Of a stretch of DNA of 64,000 nt, positions 36,329-45,752 are shown in pieces. Within the stretch, counting starts at the first letter, position 1. Each line of letters opens with the position of its first letter. The translations under genes and the position numbers were made by a program. The notes beneath the pieces are model-generated. The model worked only from the letters and a program-made list of their open reading frames with translations, ran no database searches and was not told the DNA's origin. Origin of the DNA: an uncultured archaeon (lineage in GTDB: Archaea > Nanobdellota > Nanobdellia > Pacearchaeales > GW2011-AR1); contig CAWJRC010000002.1 in assembly GCA_963845205.1 (NCBI GenBank), positions 216,825-280,824 on the forward strand, given 5' to 3'.

Positions 36329-37801
36329 TCAAGAAGTTGGAAGACCATACTTCTGAGAAATAGCTTGCCATTGATAATATTGACTTTCAGATAAATATCC
36401 ATTATTTTGGTCCCCAATATTATTCAAATTTTCAAGTGTTATTGCATCATTGTATTCTTGAATTACAGAATCAAAAGAATTTCCATCTGCAATTGTTATT
36501 ATAGAATAATCATTAGATAATTTTTGAGAACAGGCAGTTGAAGGTGCCCCTATTACTGGTATGCAAGTAATATCCCCACTGAGAGGATAATTTCCACTGC
36601 TATCTGTAATTATTGAAGGTATAGTAGTCTCTATAAAACAATATCCTGTTCCTCCTAAACTATATTGAGTAGGACATTTTATTCCTACAGTCTCATGATT
36701 TTCAGCAGGATAATCAAATATCACGGCTCCATAACCCAAATCTTTTAACATTAATGCAAGAAGTTCAGATTTCTCACCGCAAACTCCCAAGTCAGTATAC
36801 AAAACTTGATATGGATATTTTGAAGTTAAGTCTGAACCTCCTCCATAAGGTATATTCTGTACAAGTGAAACAGCTATTCTAACTTGGTCATCTGCATTAT
36901 TAGTGATATTCTGAATGTCCGATACCAGTGGAGAAATAAGTTCTTGTTGGTCTTCTTGGCTTAAATCCCTTGTTATAAAATCGTTTGTTGTGGGGGTAGA
37001 TTCACCTTCATAATAAGAAATAGATTTATCCAAAGAGGCAAGATAATCATTTAATCCCCCATATACTTCATAATTTATGCTGCCTTTCTGTCCATTTAAA
37101 ACATAATTAAAAGTAATTTCTTTACCATTTGTTGCATATTGAGAAATACAAGTATCTCCTTGTGATATTTTTCCCGTCGGACATCCACAATAATTAGCAT
37201 TTTCAACTAACAAACCATTAGAACAATATAAAGGCAAAGTGTTTGAACATTCACTATAATCTGTGCCGTCAGAACAATGTTTTATTTTTTCACAATTATT
37301 TCCATTTATTTTATAATCGTAAGGACAGCGACAATGACTTGCATTATTCACAAGAGTTCCATTGGAACAATAAAGAGGCTGAGCATTAGAACACTCACTA
37401 TAAAATGTACCATCAGAACAATTTAATGGGCTGAATATATGCATTCCTCCACTTGCAAAAAAGATAATTGCAATAACAGAAATTGAAAATAATATTATGA
37501 AAAAAAAGTTAATATGAAATTTTCTTATTTTTGGAGTTTCACTTTTCTCTTCTTTATTTGATATATCCTTGTGATTTATTATTTTCTTCTCTTGACTAAA
37601 TTGTTTTGGTTTGTAGAATTCTTGTTTTATTTCTTTCTTCCATCTTTCTTGGTTCCCTTTTTTATGTTTCTCTAATCCTTCACAATTATGGTCTTCAGGC
37701 AGTCTATGTTTACCGCAAAAATGTTTATTACAATATCTGCATTTAAATGAAAAATCTTTTATTTTTCTTTTGCATTTATAACAAATATTTTCATAGCTCA
37801 T
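36329..37801 (-). CDS. AN1-type Zn-finger / TM / duplicated Cys-rich module / transglutaminase-like protein
   Basis: CYKCKRKIKDFSFKCRYCNKHFCGKHRLPEDHNC fits the AN1 consensus exactly. One TM segment. Two CSDGT.YSECSN..PLYCSNG.LV.NA..C.CP repeats. GVCGEKSELLALMLKDLGY...NHETVGI is a Cys/His transglutaminase-core-like region. Confidence 0.6.
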   Translation of the reverse strand: MSYENICYKCKRKIKDFSFKCRYCNKHFCGKHRLPEDHNCEGLEKHKKGNQERWKKEIKQEFYKPKQFSQEKKIINHKDISNKEEKSETPKIRKFHINFFFIILFSISVIAIIFFASGGMHIFSPLNCSDGTFYSECSNAQPLYCSNGTLVNNASHCRCPYDYKINGNNCEKIKHCSDGTDYSECSNTLPLYCSNGLLVENANYCGCPTGKISQGDTCISQYATNGKEITFNYVLNGQKGSINYEVYGGLNDYLASLDKSISYYEGESTPTTNDFITRDLSQEDQQELISPLVSDIQNITNNADDQVRIAVSLVQNIPYGGGSDLTSKYPYQVLYTDLGVCGEKSELLALMLKDLGYGAVIFDYPAENHETVGIKCPTQYSLGGTGYCFIETTIPSIITDSSGNYPLSGDITCIPVIGAPSTACSQKLSNDYSIITIADGNSFDSVIQEYNDAITLENLNNIGDQNNGYLSESQYYQWQAISQKYGLPTS

Positions 37802-38198
37802 TATTTTTCTTTATCTCCATATAGCAATCAATTATCGCCTTTGTTGTTCTACTTATGTTCACATTTGAATTAGATGTCCAATAAGCAATATGACTTACAT
37901 CATGATAATTTGGTTTTGGATGGCCATTTGCTTTTATTAAAAAAACTTTATGCAGATTTCTTATTTTTCTTCTTTTTCCATCATGATTATATTTGGGTTC
38001 ATTATGTGTAAATAAATATTTGCAATAATATGCTTTAAGTCTAGTCTCTTCCTTTAATTCCCTTATAGCAGCTCTACGTCTACTTTCCCATTTTTCAGCT
38101 CCTCCTCCAGGCAACAAGAATAATTTATTTCTGCTTGCAGTTACAAGAATACCTTTTGGTGTTTCAACAATTGCAGTTCCTCTTCTTCTAGTTATCAT
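37791..38198 (-). CDS. NUDIX hydrolase (small, 135 aa)
   Basis: Nudix box GGGAEKWESRRRAAIRELKEETRL. 11-nt overlaps with both neighbours. Confidence 0.7.
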   Translation of the reverse strand: MITRRRGTAIVETPKGILVTASRNKLFLLPGGGAEKWESRRRAAIRELKEETRLKAYYCKYLFTHNEPKYNHDGKRRKIRNLHKVFLIKANGHPKPNYHDVSHIAYWTSNSNVNISRTTKAIIDCYMEIKKNNEL

Positions 38199-38817
38199 TT
38201 TTCATTAAACTTACAGTTTTCCTCCAAATATCTTTGTCTAAGGCCTCTTTTCTGTTCAACATTCTTTTTTGAATAAAGTCGTATTCACAAAGAATTCTCT
38301 GATCTTTGATAAGTGTAGCTCTTAAAAGAGAATGTTTAAATTTTGGCTGTTTAATATTTTTTACATAATTTTTAATCTGTAAAAATTTCTTTTGGTCTAT
38401 TTTCATAGCTAGGGTAATATGGGGGGAATATCTTTTTTTTATTTTCAGTAATCTTGACAAATAAAAAATATCAGTCTTGTTTAAATTACTATAAGCCTTT
38501 ATTTTTTTTAATAATTCATTTCTGAATTTTAACAGTTCTTTGCTTGGATAAATTTTAATATAAACTACTCGGGAATGTTCAAACGTGCCATATCCTTCTA
38601 TTGAGAAATCAACCAAAGAATGTTTAATGCAAATTTTTTCAAAATCAGATACTAACCTTCTTTCATGTTTGGTATAAAATGGTGCAATTAAAGTAATATG
38701 GGGTATCGATCTATTTTTTGAAAATACTTGAAATTTTTTATTAATTTCCAAAATCAGTTCTTTTATCTCGCCCTTTGCCCTTCCTCGAAATCTGAACTCA
38801 ATAAAGTATTTTGTCAT
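38188..38817 (-). CDS. 2H phosphoesterase superfamily protein (LigT / cyclic phosphodiesterase-like)
   Basis: Two H-x-T-x motifs, PHITLIAPF and PHITLAMK, about 90 aa apart. Confidence 0.7.
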   Translation of the reverse strand: MTKYFIEFRFRGRAKGEIKELILEINKKFQVFSKNRSIPHITLIAPFYTKHERRLVSDFEKICIKHSLVDFSIEGYGTFEHSRVVYIKIYPSKELLKFRNELLKKIKAYSNLNKTDIFYLSRLLKIKKRYSPHITLAMKIDQKKFLQIKNYVKNIKQPKFKHSLLRATLIKDQRILCEYDFIQKRMLNRKEALDKDIWRKTVSLMKNDN

Positions 38818-39380
38818 TTTCTTAAATGCCCCTCTAATTCTTTGATTATCTCATCTTGTGTTTTATTTCCATCAATTATTATATCTGCTTGCTTTCTTTG
38901 GATCTCTTCATATTTTTTTGATTCAGGTATGACAACATTCCTAGCATAATCAAGTTCTTTAATATCATTAAACCTCTTTAATCTTCTATAAATTAAGTTC
39001 AAATCAGAAACATCAACCCAAATTTTCTTATCAAATAATTTATTTAATTCTTTGTTAACAAAAAGAAGATAGCCTTCAACAATAATCACCTTATGAGGTT
39101 TGACTTCTCTGTCAAAATTTTCTGTCCATCTATGTGTTGGGATAAAAGCTTTCTTACCTTCTTTTAACAAAGTAATAGCCTCAATAATTTTATCAAATCT
39201 TATTGATTCTGGTCTTTCCCAATTTTCTGCTTTGATTTTAAAGAATTTATCTTGGTTGATATGTAAAAGATCACCTTTATATTTTTTTTCAAGCTCTTTA
39301 ATAACTGTAGATTTTCCCGAACAACTTCTACCGCCAACCCCTATAATTAGGGGTTTTATTTTTTTTGAGAATAATACCAT
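38814..39380 (-). CDS. P-loop nucleoside kinase, nicotinamide-riboside-kinase/uridine-kinase-like
   Basis: IIGVGGRSCSGKSTV (P-loop), HINQDKFFK, VIIVEGYLLF, IYRRLKR and IIIDGNKTQDEI. The order and spacing resemble human NRK1 as I recall it. Confidence 0.6.
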   Translation of the reverse strand: MVLFSKKIKPLIIGVGGRSCSGKSTVIKELEKKYKGDLLHINQDKFFKIKAENWERPESIRFDKIIEAITLLKEGKKAFIPTHRWTENFDREVKPHKVIIVEGYLLFVNKELNKLFDKKIWVDVSDLNLIYRRLKRFNDIKELDYARNVVIPESKKYEEIQRKQADIIIDGNKTQDEIIKELEGHLRK

Positions 39381-39387
39381 TTTGATC

Positions 39388-39981
39388 TCAATCCTTAAAC
39401 AATTCTTTTGGCTTATAACTTTCCTGTGCTTCTTGGTTTATTTTATTTCCTAATGTCAAATAATGCATAAGCTTGAAACCATGAACCTTAGCAACAATAT
39501 TTCTTGGAAATCTTTGAACTCTTTCATTATAATCCTGAGCTATTTTATTGTAATGTCTTCTGAATTCTTCCAATTTATGTTCAATCCTTGAAATATTCCC
39601 AGACCCCATAATTTGCTGGTATAATTTATCAGCTTTTACTTTGGGATACTTTTCAAAGACTGCTTGAATTTTGAGAAAATTATTCTCCATTTCAACTTTG
39701 TTATTAAGGGGAGCATCCTTAGACCATCTACTTCTTGCTTCTATAGTATCTTTTATAGTCTTATACTCATGTATACTATACTTCTTAGCTACTTGGGCTA
39801 ATGAAGGAAGCATATCAATTCTTCTTTGCATTATTACATCAATGTCTGCAAAAGCTCTTTCTGCTCTTGTTCTCCAGTAGACAAATTTGTTGTAAACTTT
39901 TACCCATCCTTTACTTAAGAAAAATAAAGCTGTTGCTCCAACAGCAATTCCTCCAATCCATATTATTGTTGATATTTCCAT
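39388..39981 (-). CDS. LemA-family membrane protein
   Basis: N-terminal TM segment, then YNKFV..R.....AFADIDVIMQRRIDMLPSL...AR, the LemA pattern. Confidence 0.7.
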   Translation of the reverse strand: MEISTIIWIGGIAVGATALFFLSKGWVKVYNKFVYWRTRAERAFADIDVIMQRRIDMLPSLAQVAKKYSIHEYKTIKDTIEARSRWSKDAPLNNKVEMENNFLKIQAVFEKYPKVKADKLYQQIMGSGNISRIEHKLEEFRRHYNKIAQDYNERVQRFPRNIVAKVHGFKLMHYLTLGNKINQEAQESYKPKELFKD

Positions 39982-39986
39982 TTTTG

Positions 39987-40157
39987 TTATTCCTCAAAGT
40001 AATCTTTATTTTTTAAGTTCTTTGGCTTGATTTCTGCTTTGAAATATTTTACCATTTTTTTAATAGCTTCTTGTTTTGTATTTAAATTATTAACCAATTT
40101 ATAGATCTCCACAATTTTGTCTTCTTCCTCGCTTAAATCTATTTGTATCTTTGTCAT
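39987..40157 (-). CDS. 56-aa RHH-like small protein, first gene of the LemA-kinase-2H-NUDIX operon
   Basis: Hand translation: MTKIQIDLSEEEDKIVEIYKLVNNLNTKQEAIKKMVKYFKAEIKPKNLKNKDYFEE. Its stop is 5 nt before the LemA start. Below the ORF-track cutoff. Confidence 0.45.
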   Translation of the reverse strand: MTKIQIDLSEEEDKIVEIYKLVNNLNTKQEAIKKMVKYFKAEIKPKNLKNKDYFEE

Positions 40158-40262
40158 TTTGTATCATTATATAACATGGTAATATAAGGCATTATTTAAA
40201 TCTTTCGGTTATTACTTTTTTATGTAAAATTAACAAAATGATTTAATAGAAAAATTTATTGA

Positions 40263-41354
40263 TTAATTAAAATATCTTGTTTGAGATCCTTCATCTGCTT
40301 TTATAGTAATAGAATGGATTGGTTCATTCAATTTTGCAAATCCGAATTGACCCAGATCACAAAGTTGTCCTGCATATTTAATATAATCATAATTGTTAAT
40401 GTTTAAACATGAATCTTTTTCTGACTGACTGCTCAGATATTCTAAGTAAGGCATGACAGATGAATCTAATTGTATCTCCTCCCCCGGACCTAAGGGATTA
40501 TAAGTTTGTTTTGGAAGACGTAAAATATATTTGTCATTTATCCAAATCTCAAAATTATGCCAATCATAATTATTTCCATTTTTAATAATGATATCATTAC
40601 ATCCCTGTGCATTAAGCATATCCGTCATGGTATCATAATTATAATTGATTCCATTTATTGTACAACTATTATCTGATGCAGCTTTTCCATAACTTCCGCA
40701 TTTTTGGAATATTACATCATCACTACAATTTCCGTTCCATTCTTCCATATTTTTGTATGGTGACGGAAGTCCTTCACTAATTTGATTTTTTAAAGTAATA
40801 ATTGGATTCAGTTGATCAGTAGTTGTAGTTCCAATCTCTTGAAGAGAATTACTTCCTGTTTGATCACTCAAAGGAGTGTTTGAATTTTGATTATTATTAA
40901 CAATTTCACAATTATCAATCATTACATTCCCCAGAGTATATCCAGAAAATTTTCCTTGGACAGTTACAGATTCTCCTGTGGATAATGCTGTTAATTCATT
41001 TTCATCTGAGAAATCACAAAAAACCCCATTAAATTCATATTGTTCTCTGAGAACTATATATGGACTGCCTCCCAATATCCCCTTTCCATGTATTGTATCT
41101 AATCTTCCGGTTATTTCAATTAATTTATCCTGATATTTATTTTTTGCATTGATTTCATTGGATTTAAATTCATTCATAATATCAGCTGCATTAACTTTGA
41201 AAAAAACTGTTTCAACGGGGGGATTATTCTGTGTAGGGTTAGTTATGTTATCTGCTACATTCCATATTATAGTTAATATCACAAAGCAAATTCCTACAAT
41301 TACCCAAAACCACCATTTGGTATAAAACTTTTTATTTTTCTGTTTTTCCATCAA
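40263..41354 (-). CDS. membrane-anchored extracellular protein with OB-fold (tRNA_anti-like) N-domain
   Basis: TM segment, then ADIMNEFKSNEINAKNKYQDKLIEITGRL, typical of that secreted OB domain. The Cys-containing C-domain is unknown. Confidence 0.45.
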   Translation of the reverse strand: MMEKQKNKKFYTKWWFWVIVGICFVILTIIWNVADNITNPTQNNPPVETVFFKVNAADIMNEFKSNEINAKNKYQDKLIEITGRLDTIHGKGILGGSPYIVLREQYEFNGVFCDFSDENELTALSTGESVTVQGKFSGYTLGNVMIDNCEIVNNNQNSNTPLSDQTGSNSLQEIGTTTTDQLNPIITLKNQISEGLPSPYKNMEEWNGNCSDDVIFQKCGSYGKAASDNSCTINGINYNYDTMTDMLNAQGCNDIIIKNGNNYDWHNFEIWINDKYILRLPKQTYNPLGPGEEIQLDSSVMPYLEYLSSQSEKDSCLNINNYDYIKYAGQLCDLGQFGFAKLNEPIHSITIKADEGSQTRYFN

Positions 41355-41424
41355 TAAATGTGCCCTTTTTCTTTTTTAAAGGTTATGCTTATGTTACTCT
41401 TATGTCACCAGTTCTTTTTAATAA

Positions 41425-41667
41425 TTGTTACGCTTTGGTTACGTGGAAAATAAAGAGCTAAAATTATTAATTTTTTTGAAGAAAGGAGAACTTCGACAAG
41501 AAGTTTGGAATAAGTTAGATAAACCAAAAACTGCTACGGATATTGCTAAGGAATTAAAGAAACACCGAAGTGCAATAAGTAGAGTTCTCTTAGATATGGA
41601 AAATGCAGGATTGGTGAAATGTGTTAATCCTGAAGATAAGAGTTTCAGGCATTATGTAAAGAAATAG
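41425..41667 (+). CDS. ArsR-like winged-helix regulator
   Basis: KPKTATDIAKELKKHRSAISRVLLDMENAGLVKCV. Confidence 0.55.
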   Translation: MLRFGYVENKELKLLIFLKKGELRQEVWNKLDKPKTATDIAKELKKHRSAISRVLLDMENAGLVKCVNPEDKSFRHYVKK

Positions 41668-41675
41668 AAAAGAGA

Positions 41676-42503
41676 TTATTTTTTAGATAGTTTTTTCTTA
41701 AAATATAAAATAGCTGAAGATATTATGATTATCCCCAATATTGTTAAAAAAGAATTAAGCAGATTAATTTTAAGTCCAATGAGATTTAAGTAGAAAATAG
41801 CAAGAGGAACAATTGCAATTGATAGGGCAAATGATAAAGCAATTCTTTCAATCCAATCGATACTTCCTTTTTCTTTTTCATTGTCTTCAAAAGATCTTGT
41901 TTTTGGAAAGAAGATAAAACTGATAATAAAACCTGGAATAAAAAGAACATAAACAGAACCAAAAACTATTCTTAATGCATCCAATAAAGATAAATTAGCA
42001 AAAATTGTTATTGTTATTGAAACCAAACTTAAAATGAAAATTATTGCTAGAGCTCCTAGAAAATATAATAGAGATTTATTTTTGTAAACGTGTTTTATTT
42101 TCCTTACTTCACTTTCTTTTTCATCTTCTAAAACCAGAATAGATAATAAAATAATTAAAATTCCTGCTATAATTGAGATTAACCAAGAAAGCCAGCCTAA
42201 TTCTTCTGTCTTAAACTTTATTATAATAAATCCCAAAATTCCAAGGGCAGATACAAACCCATAATCCCACCATTTTGATTTTTTTTCTTTCTTTTCTTGA
42301 TGTTCAGAAAATATGTCTAATATTCCTGCAATAATGACTGCTAGGAGGAGATAATTAATATTAAAGTACAAAGATACTGTTGTAGGCCATATCTGCTCTA
42401 CCAGAAGCAAAATAAGATATGTTATCAGTAAGGCTTGAAATAAATGATTAATTATCTCCGCTATATGCCCTTTAAATTGAAGTTTTGGTATTTTAAATTT
42501 CAT
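41676..42503 (-). CDS. polytopic membrane protein (DUF1616-like, tentative)
   Basis: About 8 hydrophobic segments. 4-nt overlap with the upstream gene. Confidence 0.45.
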   Translation of the reverse strand: MKFKIPKLQFKGHIAEIINHLFQALLITYLILLLVEQIWPTTVSLYFNINYLLLAVIIAGILDIFSEHQEKKEKKSKWWDYGFVSALGILGFIIIKFKTEELGWLSWLISIIAGILIILLSILVLEDEKESEVRKIKHVYKNKSLLYFLGALAIIFILSLVSITITIFANLSLLDALRIVFGSVYVLFIPGFIISFIFFPKTRSFEDNEKEKGSIDWIERIALSFALSIAIVPLAIFYLNLIGLKINLLNSFLTILGIIIISSAILYFKKKLSKK

Positions 42504-44131
42504 TTTTCAAAAAACCCTTTTTTATGTACTGTTATATTTATCCAGTCTATTGGAATGTAATCGTTTTTAGTATTATTTTTATTTTGATTTAAGTGACCAA
42601 TATCTAATAACATGTTTAATTTGTTATCATTAATATATAGATTATTTTCTTCAATATTTAAAGATAGGGAAGCAATTCTCCAACCATTTTCTTCTTTTGG
42701 AGAGGTATATTCAACCAAAACATAATCTGCATTTTGTTCCAAATAATTTAAATTACTTTTATATTGCACATTTTTTCCTTCAAAAGGATTGAACCAAGAG
42801 TCTTCTGTAAAAGAAAAAAATTCTGGTCCAGTTATTGTTATATCATTTTTTTCTGATTTAATTTCATAGAAAATATCTGAAGGAGTTATACTTAAACCAG
42901 ACTTTGCATTTCTTTCAGTTATATTCAATTCTTTATTATTAACATTGATTGTTTGTAAAGAGTAATCATGAGATGTTTGAGCTGTAAGTTGTGTTGGTTT
43001 TTGAACTTTAAAATAAACTTTTGAAGATTCTTCAAAATTATTAAAATACTCCCCACTTTGAGCTAAGAAGATAGATCCGCTCAGCACAATCTTATTTTGG
43101 TTTAATCTGATCTTAGTAATTAACATATCGCCATTATTTTTTAATTCTAATTTGTAAATTCCTTCTTTTAATTCAGCTGTTTGAAGTTCTCCTTTTTGAT
43201 CATCAGTATTATTTTTATCTGTCTTTATTCCTGTTTCTCCATCATCTTTTATTGTACTAAAATCAATTAATTTATTATTTGAATCATATAATGAGATATT
43301 AAGTATGTCTGACCCGTTATACCAATTTAAATCTCTTTTCCAAACTTCAACATCAAGATAACCTTTTATATAAACATAAAATGTTTGAGTACCTCTTAAT
43401 GCAGTATTGATGGTAAATTCTTGTGGTTGATAATCTTGTATTTTAAGTTCGGGAATTGTAACATTTAGGGGGGTTGCTAATCTCACTAAAGGAGGATTTG
43501 TATAAAAATCATCTATTGTGTAATCTTTAGAATAATTATTTATTTTGAATAAGGTTAAATTATCTTTTTGAGAATAAGGATATTTTTTTATTAATTCTTC
43601 TATTGTTTTATCATAAATTGTAAAATATTGGTAAGACCATTCTTCTTGATTTTTTGCTCCAATTAAAAAATTAGAATTATCCGGGAAATTATCTTTAAAC
43701 TTAATTGATAAATTTATTTCATCTGTTCCCTTAACAGTTGGTATATCAAAATAAACTAACTGATCTGTTAAATTTCTATAAGTTATTCCCAAATCATTTA
43801 TTTTATCTGAGATTCTTCCTGCAGGAGAAAGATAGTTATCATTATTGCTTCCAATATCATAAAAATAATTAAATTTCTGAGGAATAATATTTGAATATAC
43901 TACAAATCCAATTAATACCAAAGGAATCAAAACAATAATCATAATTTTAAAAATTTTAATATGCTTTGGTTCAACAACAAAATTTTCTACTTTTTTAATT
44001 TCTCTTTCAATATTTTTTTCTATTTTCTTTAATTCTGGTTCTGTTTTGTTATTCTGTCTTTTTTTTCTTTTCATTTCTAAATAAGCATCTAATCTTTTTT
44101 CATAACTAACTCTTGGTTTCTTTTCTGTCAT
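42500..44131 (-). CDS. N-terminally anchored large extracellular protein
   Basis: Basic N-terminus, one TM segment, Asn/Tyr-rich ectodomain with many N-x-S/T sequons. Confidence 0.45.
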   Translation of the reverse strand: MTEKKPRVSYEKRLDAYLEMKRKKRQNNKTEPELKKIEKNIEREIKKVENFVVEPKHIKIFKIMIIVLIPLVLIGFVVYSNIIPQKFNYFYDIGSNNDNYLSPAGRISDKINDLGITYRNLTDQLVYFDIPTVKGTDEINLSIKFKDNFPDNSNFLIGAKNQEEWSYQYFTIYDKTIEELIKKYPYSQKDNLTLFKINNYSKDYTIDDFYTNPPLVRLATPLNVTIPELKIQDYQPQEFTINTALRGTQTFYVYIKGYLDVEVWKRDLNWYNGSDILNISLYDSNNKLIDFSTIKDDGETGIKTDKNNTDDQKGELQTAELKEGIYKLELKNNGDMLITKIRLNQNKIVLSGSIFLAQSGEYFNNFEESSKVYFKVQKPTQLTAQTSHDYSLQTINVNNKELNITERNAKSGLSITPSDIFYEIKSEKNDITITGPEFFSFTEDSWFNPFEGKNVQYKSNLNYLEQNADYVLVEYTSPKEENGWRIASLSLNIEENNLYINDNKLNMLLDIGHLNQNKNNTKNDYIPIDWINITVHKKGFFEK

Positions 44132-44132
44132 T

Positions 44133-45752
44133 TTAACAAGTATATTTGTAAATTTTATTATTTAAGTTTTGATAATAAACTTCAAAACATTCGGGGAATT
44201 TTTCCAGATTATCATTTTGTTTTTCTCCAATAAAAATGTATAAAGGTTTTTCATAAGCATCCATAAACTGCTTGATTTGATTTATATCATCTGTAGTCCA
44301 AAAGACAATCCATTCTTCCTGATTCTGTTTATTGTAATCAAATAATCCGGGAGCAATTGTTTTTCTGTTAGAATAACCCAAAAGCCAAGGAGAATATATT
44401 GAAGAAGTTGCCATAACAAAAGAATTATTTTCTGTATTTTGAATATATTGAATTGTTTGAAGCTCATTTTCATTTATCAAAGGTGTTGTGTTTCTTGCTT
44501 CATTTAATATAACAAATCCTGCCGAGAATAGCATAATAATCAAAAGTATAATTCCAAATTTCTTTTTGTTCTGAATTATTGTTGAAAACCCAATGGAAGA
44601 TAAAATAATCAATCCGATGTCTAAATGAATTATAAATCTATTAAAAAAGAAAAATTGAAAATAAACAATCATAGCAGTAACTAATGTCCAAAAGAAAATC
44701 ATATTAAATTGTTTTTTTCTGAATAATGCAAAGAATCCAAGAATTGCAAGAGGGAGATAAGCTAATACTGAAAATTGATAAGTGAAGAAATTAATAAAAG
44801 TTCCTGGAGATTCTCCTGTCTGAAGAAATCCTTGAATTACCGGCTCGAACATATCTGTTATTGCAGGAATAAATTTCCCAAGATAAAATAATCCTGCAAT
44901 TGCAACAATCAATAACCCATAACCAATATTCTTTCCTAATTGTTTAATGTTATATTTTTTATTTTTATAAGGAGAAATAAGAACATAGAAAAGATAACTT
45001 AATCCGAAAATATAAAATGTAGGACGATGCACAGCACCCAATAGTCCTCCCAGAATTATAAACATCCAGATAAAATTTTTATTTTTTTCTGATTTTTTAA
45101 GAAAGTAAATTGAAAATAAAGCCAAAGAAAGTCCAATTATATTTCTATAATACATATAAGTAAAAGTAAAAAACTGAATTAATGAAACAGAATATATCAT
45201 GAGGGCGATTATTGCCGTTTGTTTATTGAAAAATTCCTTTGTTACAAAATAAATTGCTAGTCCAAGCAGGATACAAAACCCAATTAAAAGATAAGTCAGG
45301 ATAAATTGAGATGAAAATAATAATTTAACAGGCTCCATCATGTAAAGAAATAAAGGTTCCATTGTTGGACCGGTTATTAACCAATTGTCCATATTTTTTA
45401 ATCCGCTTTCTATAGCATATTTGTAAATCCCAGCATCATAACCAAGAGGGATTGAATTGTTAATATAAGGAATTGTCCTGAATAGAATAATAAAAATTAT
45501 TGCCAAGGCAAACAGAGAATAATGAAGCTTTTTTGATTCTAAAGATTTGTTAAGTTTTGAAGATTTATCAGAATCTGACTTGTTAGAATTCAGAATGAAG
45601 ATTCCCAAAACAGCAATGATTACGGCAAATATCTGAAATTGCAGAGAATATTTCCAGAACAAGTTTAATGAAATTAACAAAACTAAAATTGCATAAACTG
45701 CCAATAGCTGATAAAAACTGCTTTGGAATACCTGCTTAATTTTTTTTAACAT
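44133..45752 (-). CDS. GT-C-fold membrane glycosyltransferase-like protein (ArnT/PMT-like)
   Basis: 539 aa with 12 or more TM segments plus a soluble C-terminal domain. Assigned by topology only. Confidence 0.45.
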   Translation of the reverse strand: MLKKIKQVFQSSFYQLLAVYAILVLLISLNLFWKYSLQFQIFAVIIAVLGIFILNSNKSDSDKSSKLNKSLESKKLHYSLFALAIIFIILFRTIPYINNSIPLGYDAGIYKYAIESGLKNMDNWLITGPTMEPLFLYMMEPVKLLFSSQFILTYLLIGFCILLGLAIYFVTKEFFNKQTAIIALMIYSVSLIQFFTFTYMYYRNIIGLSLALFSIYFLKKSEKNKNFIWMFIILGGLLGAVHRPTFYIFGLSYLFYVLISPYKNKKYNIKQLGKNIGYGLLIVAIAGLFYLGKFIPAITDMFEPVIQGFLQTGESPGTFINFFTYQFSVLAYLPLAILGFFALFRKKQFNMIFFWTLVTAMIVYFQFFFFNRFIIHLDIGLIILSSIGFSTIIQNKKKFGIILLIIMLFSAGFVILNEARNTTPLINENELQTIQYIQNTENNSFVMATSSIYSPWLLGYSNRKTIAPGLFDYNKQNQEEWIVFWTTDDINQIKQFMDAYEKPLYIFIGEKQNDNLEKFPECFEVYYQNLNNKIYKYTC

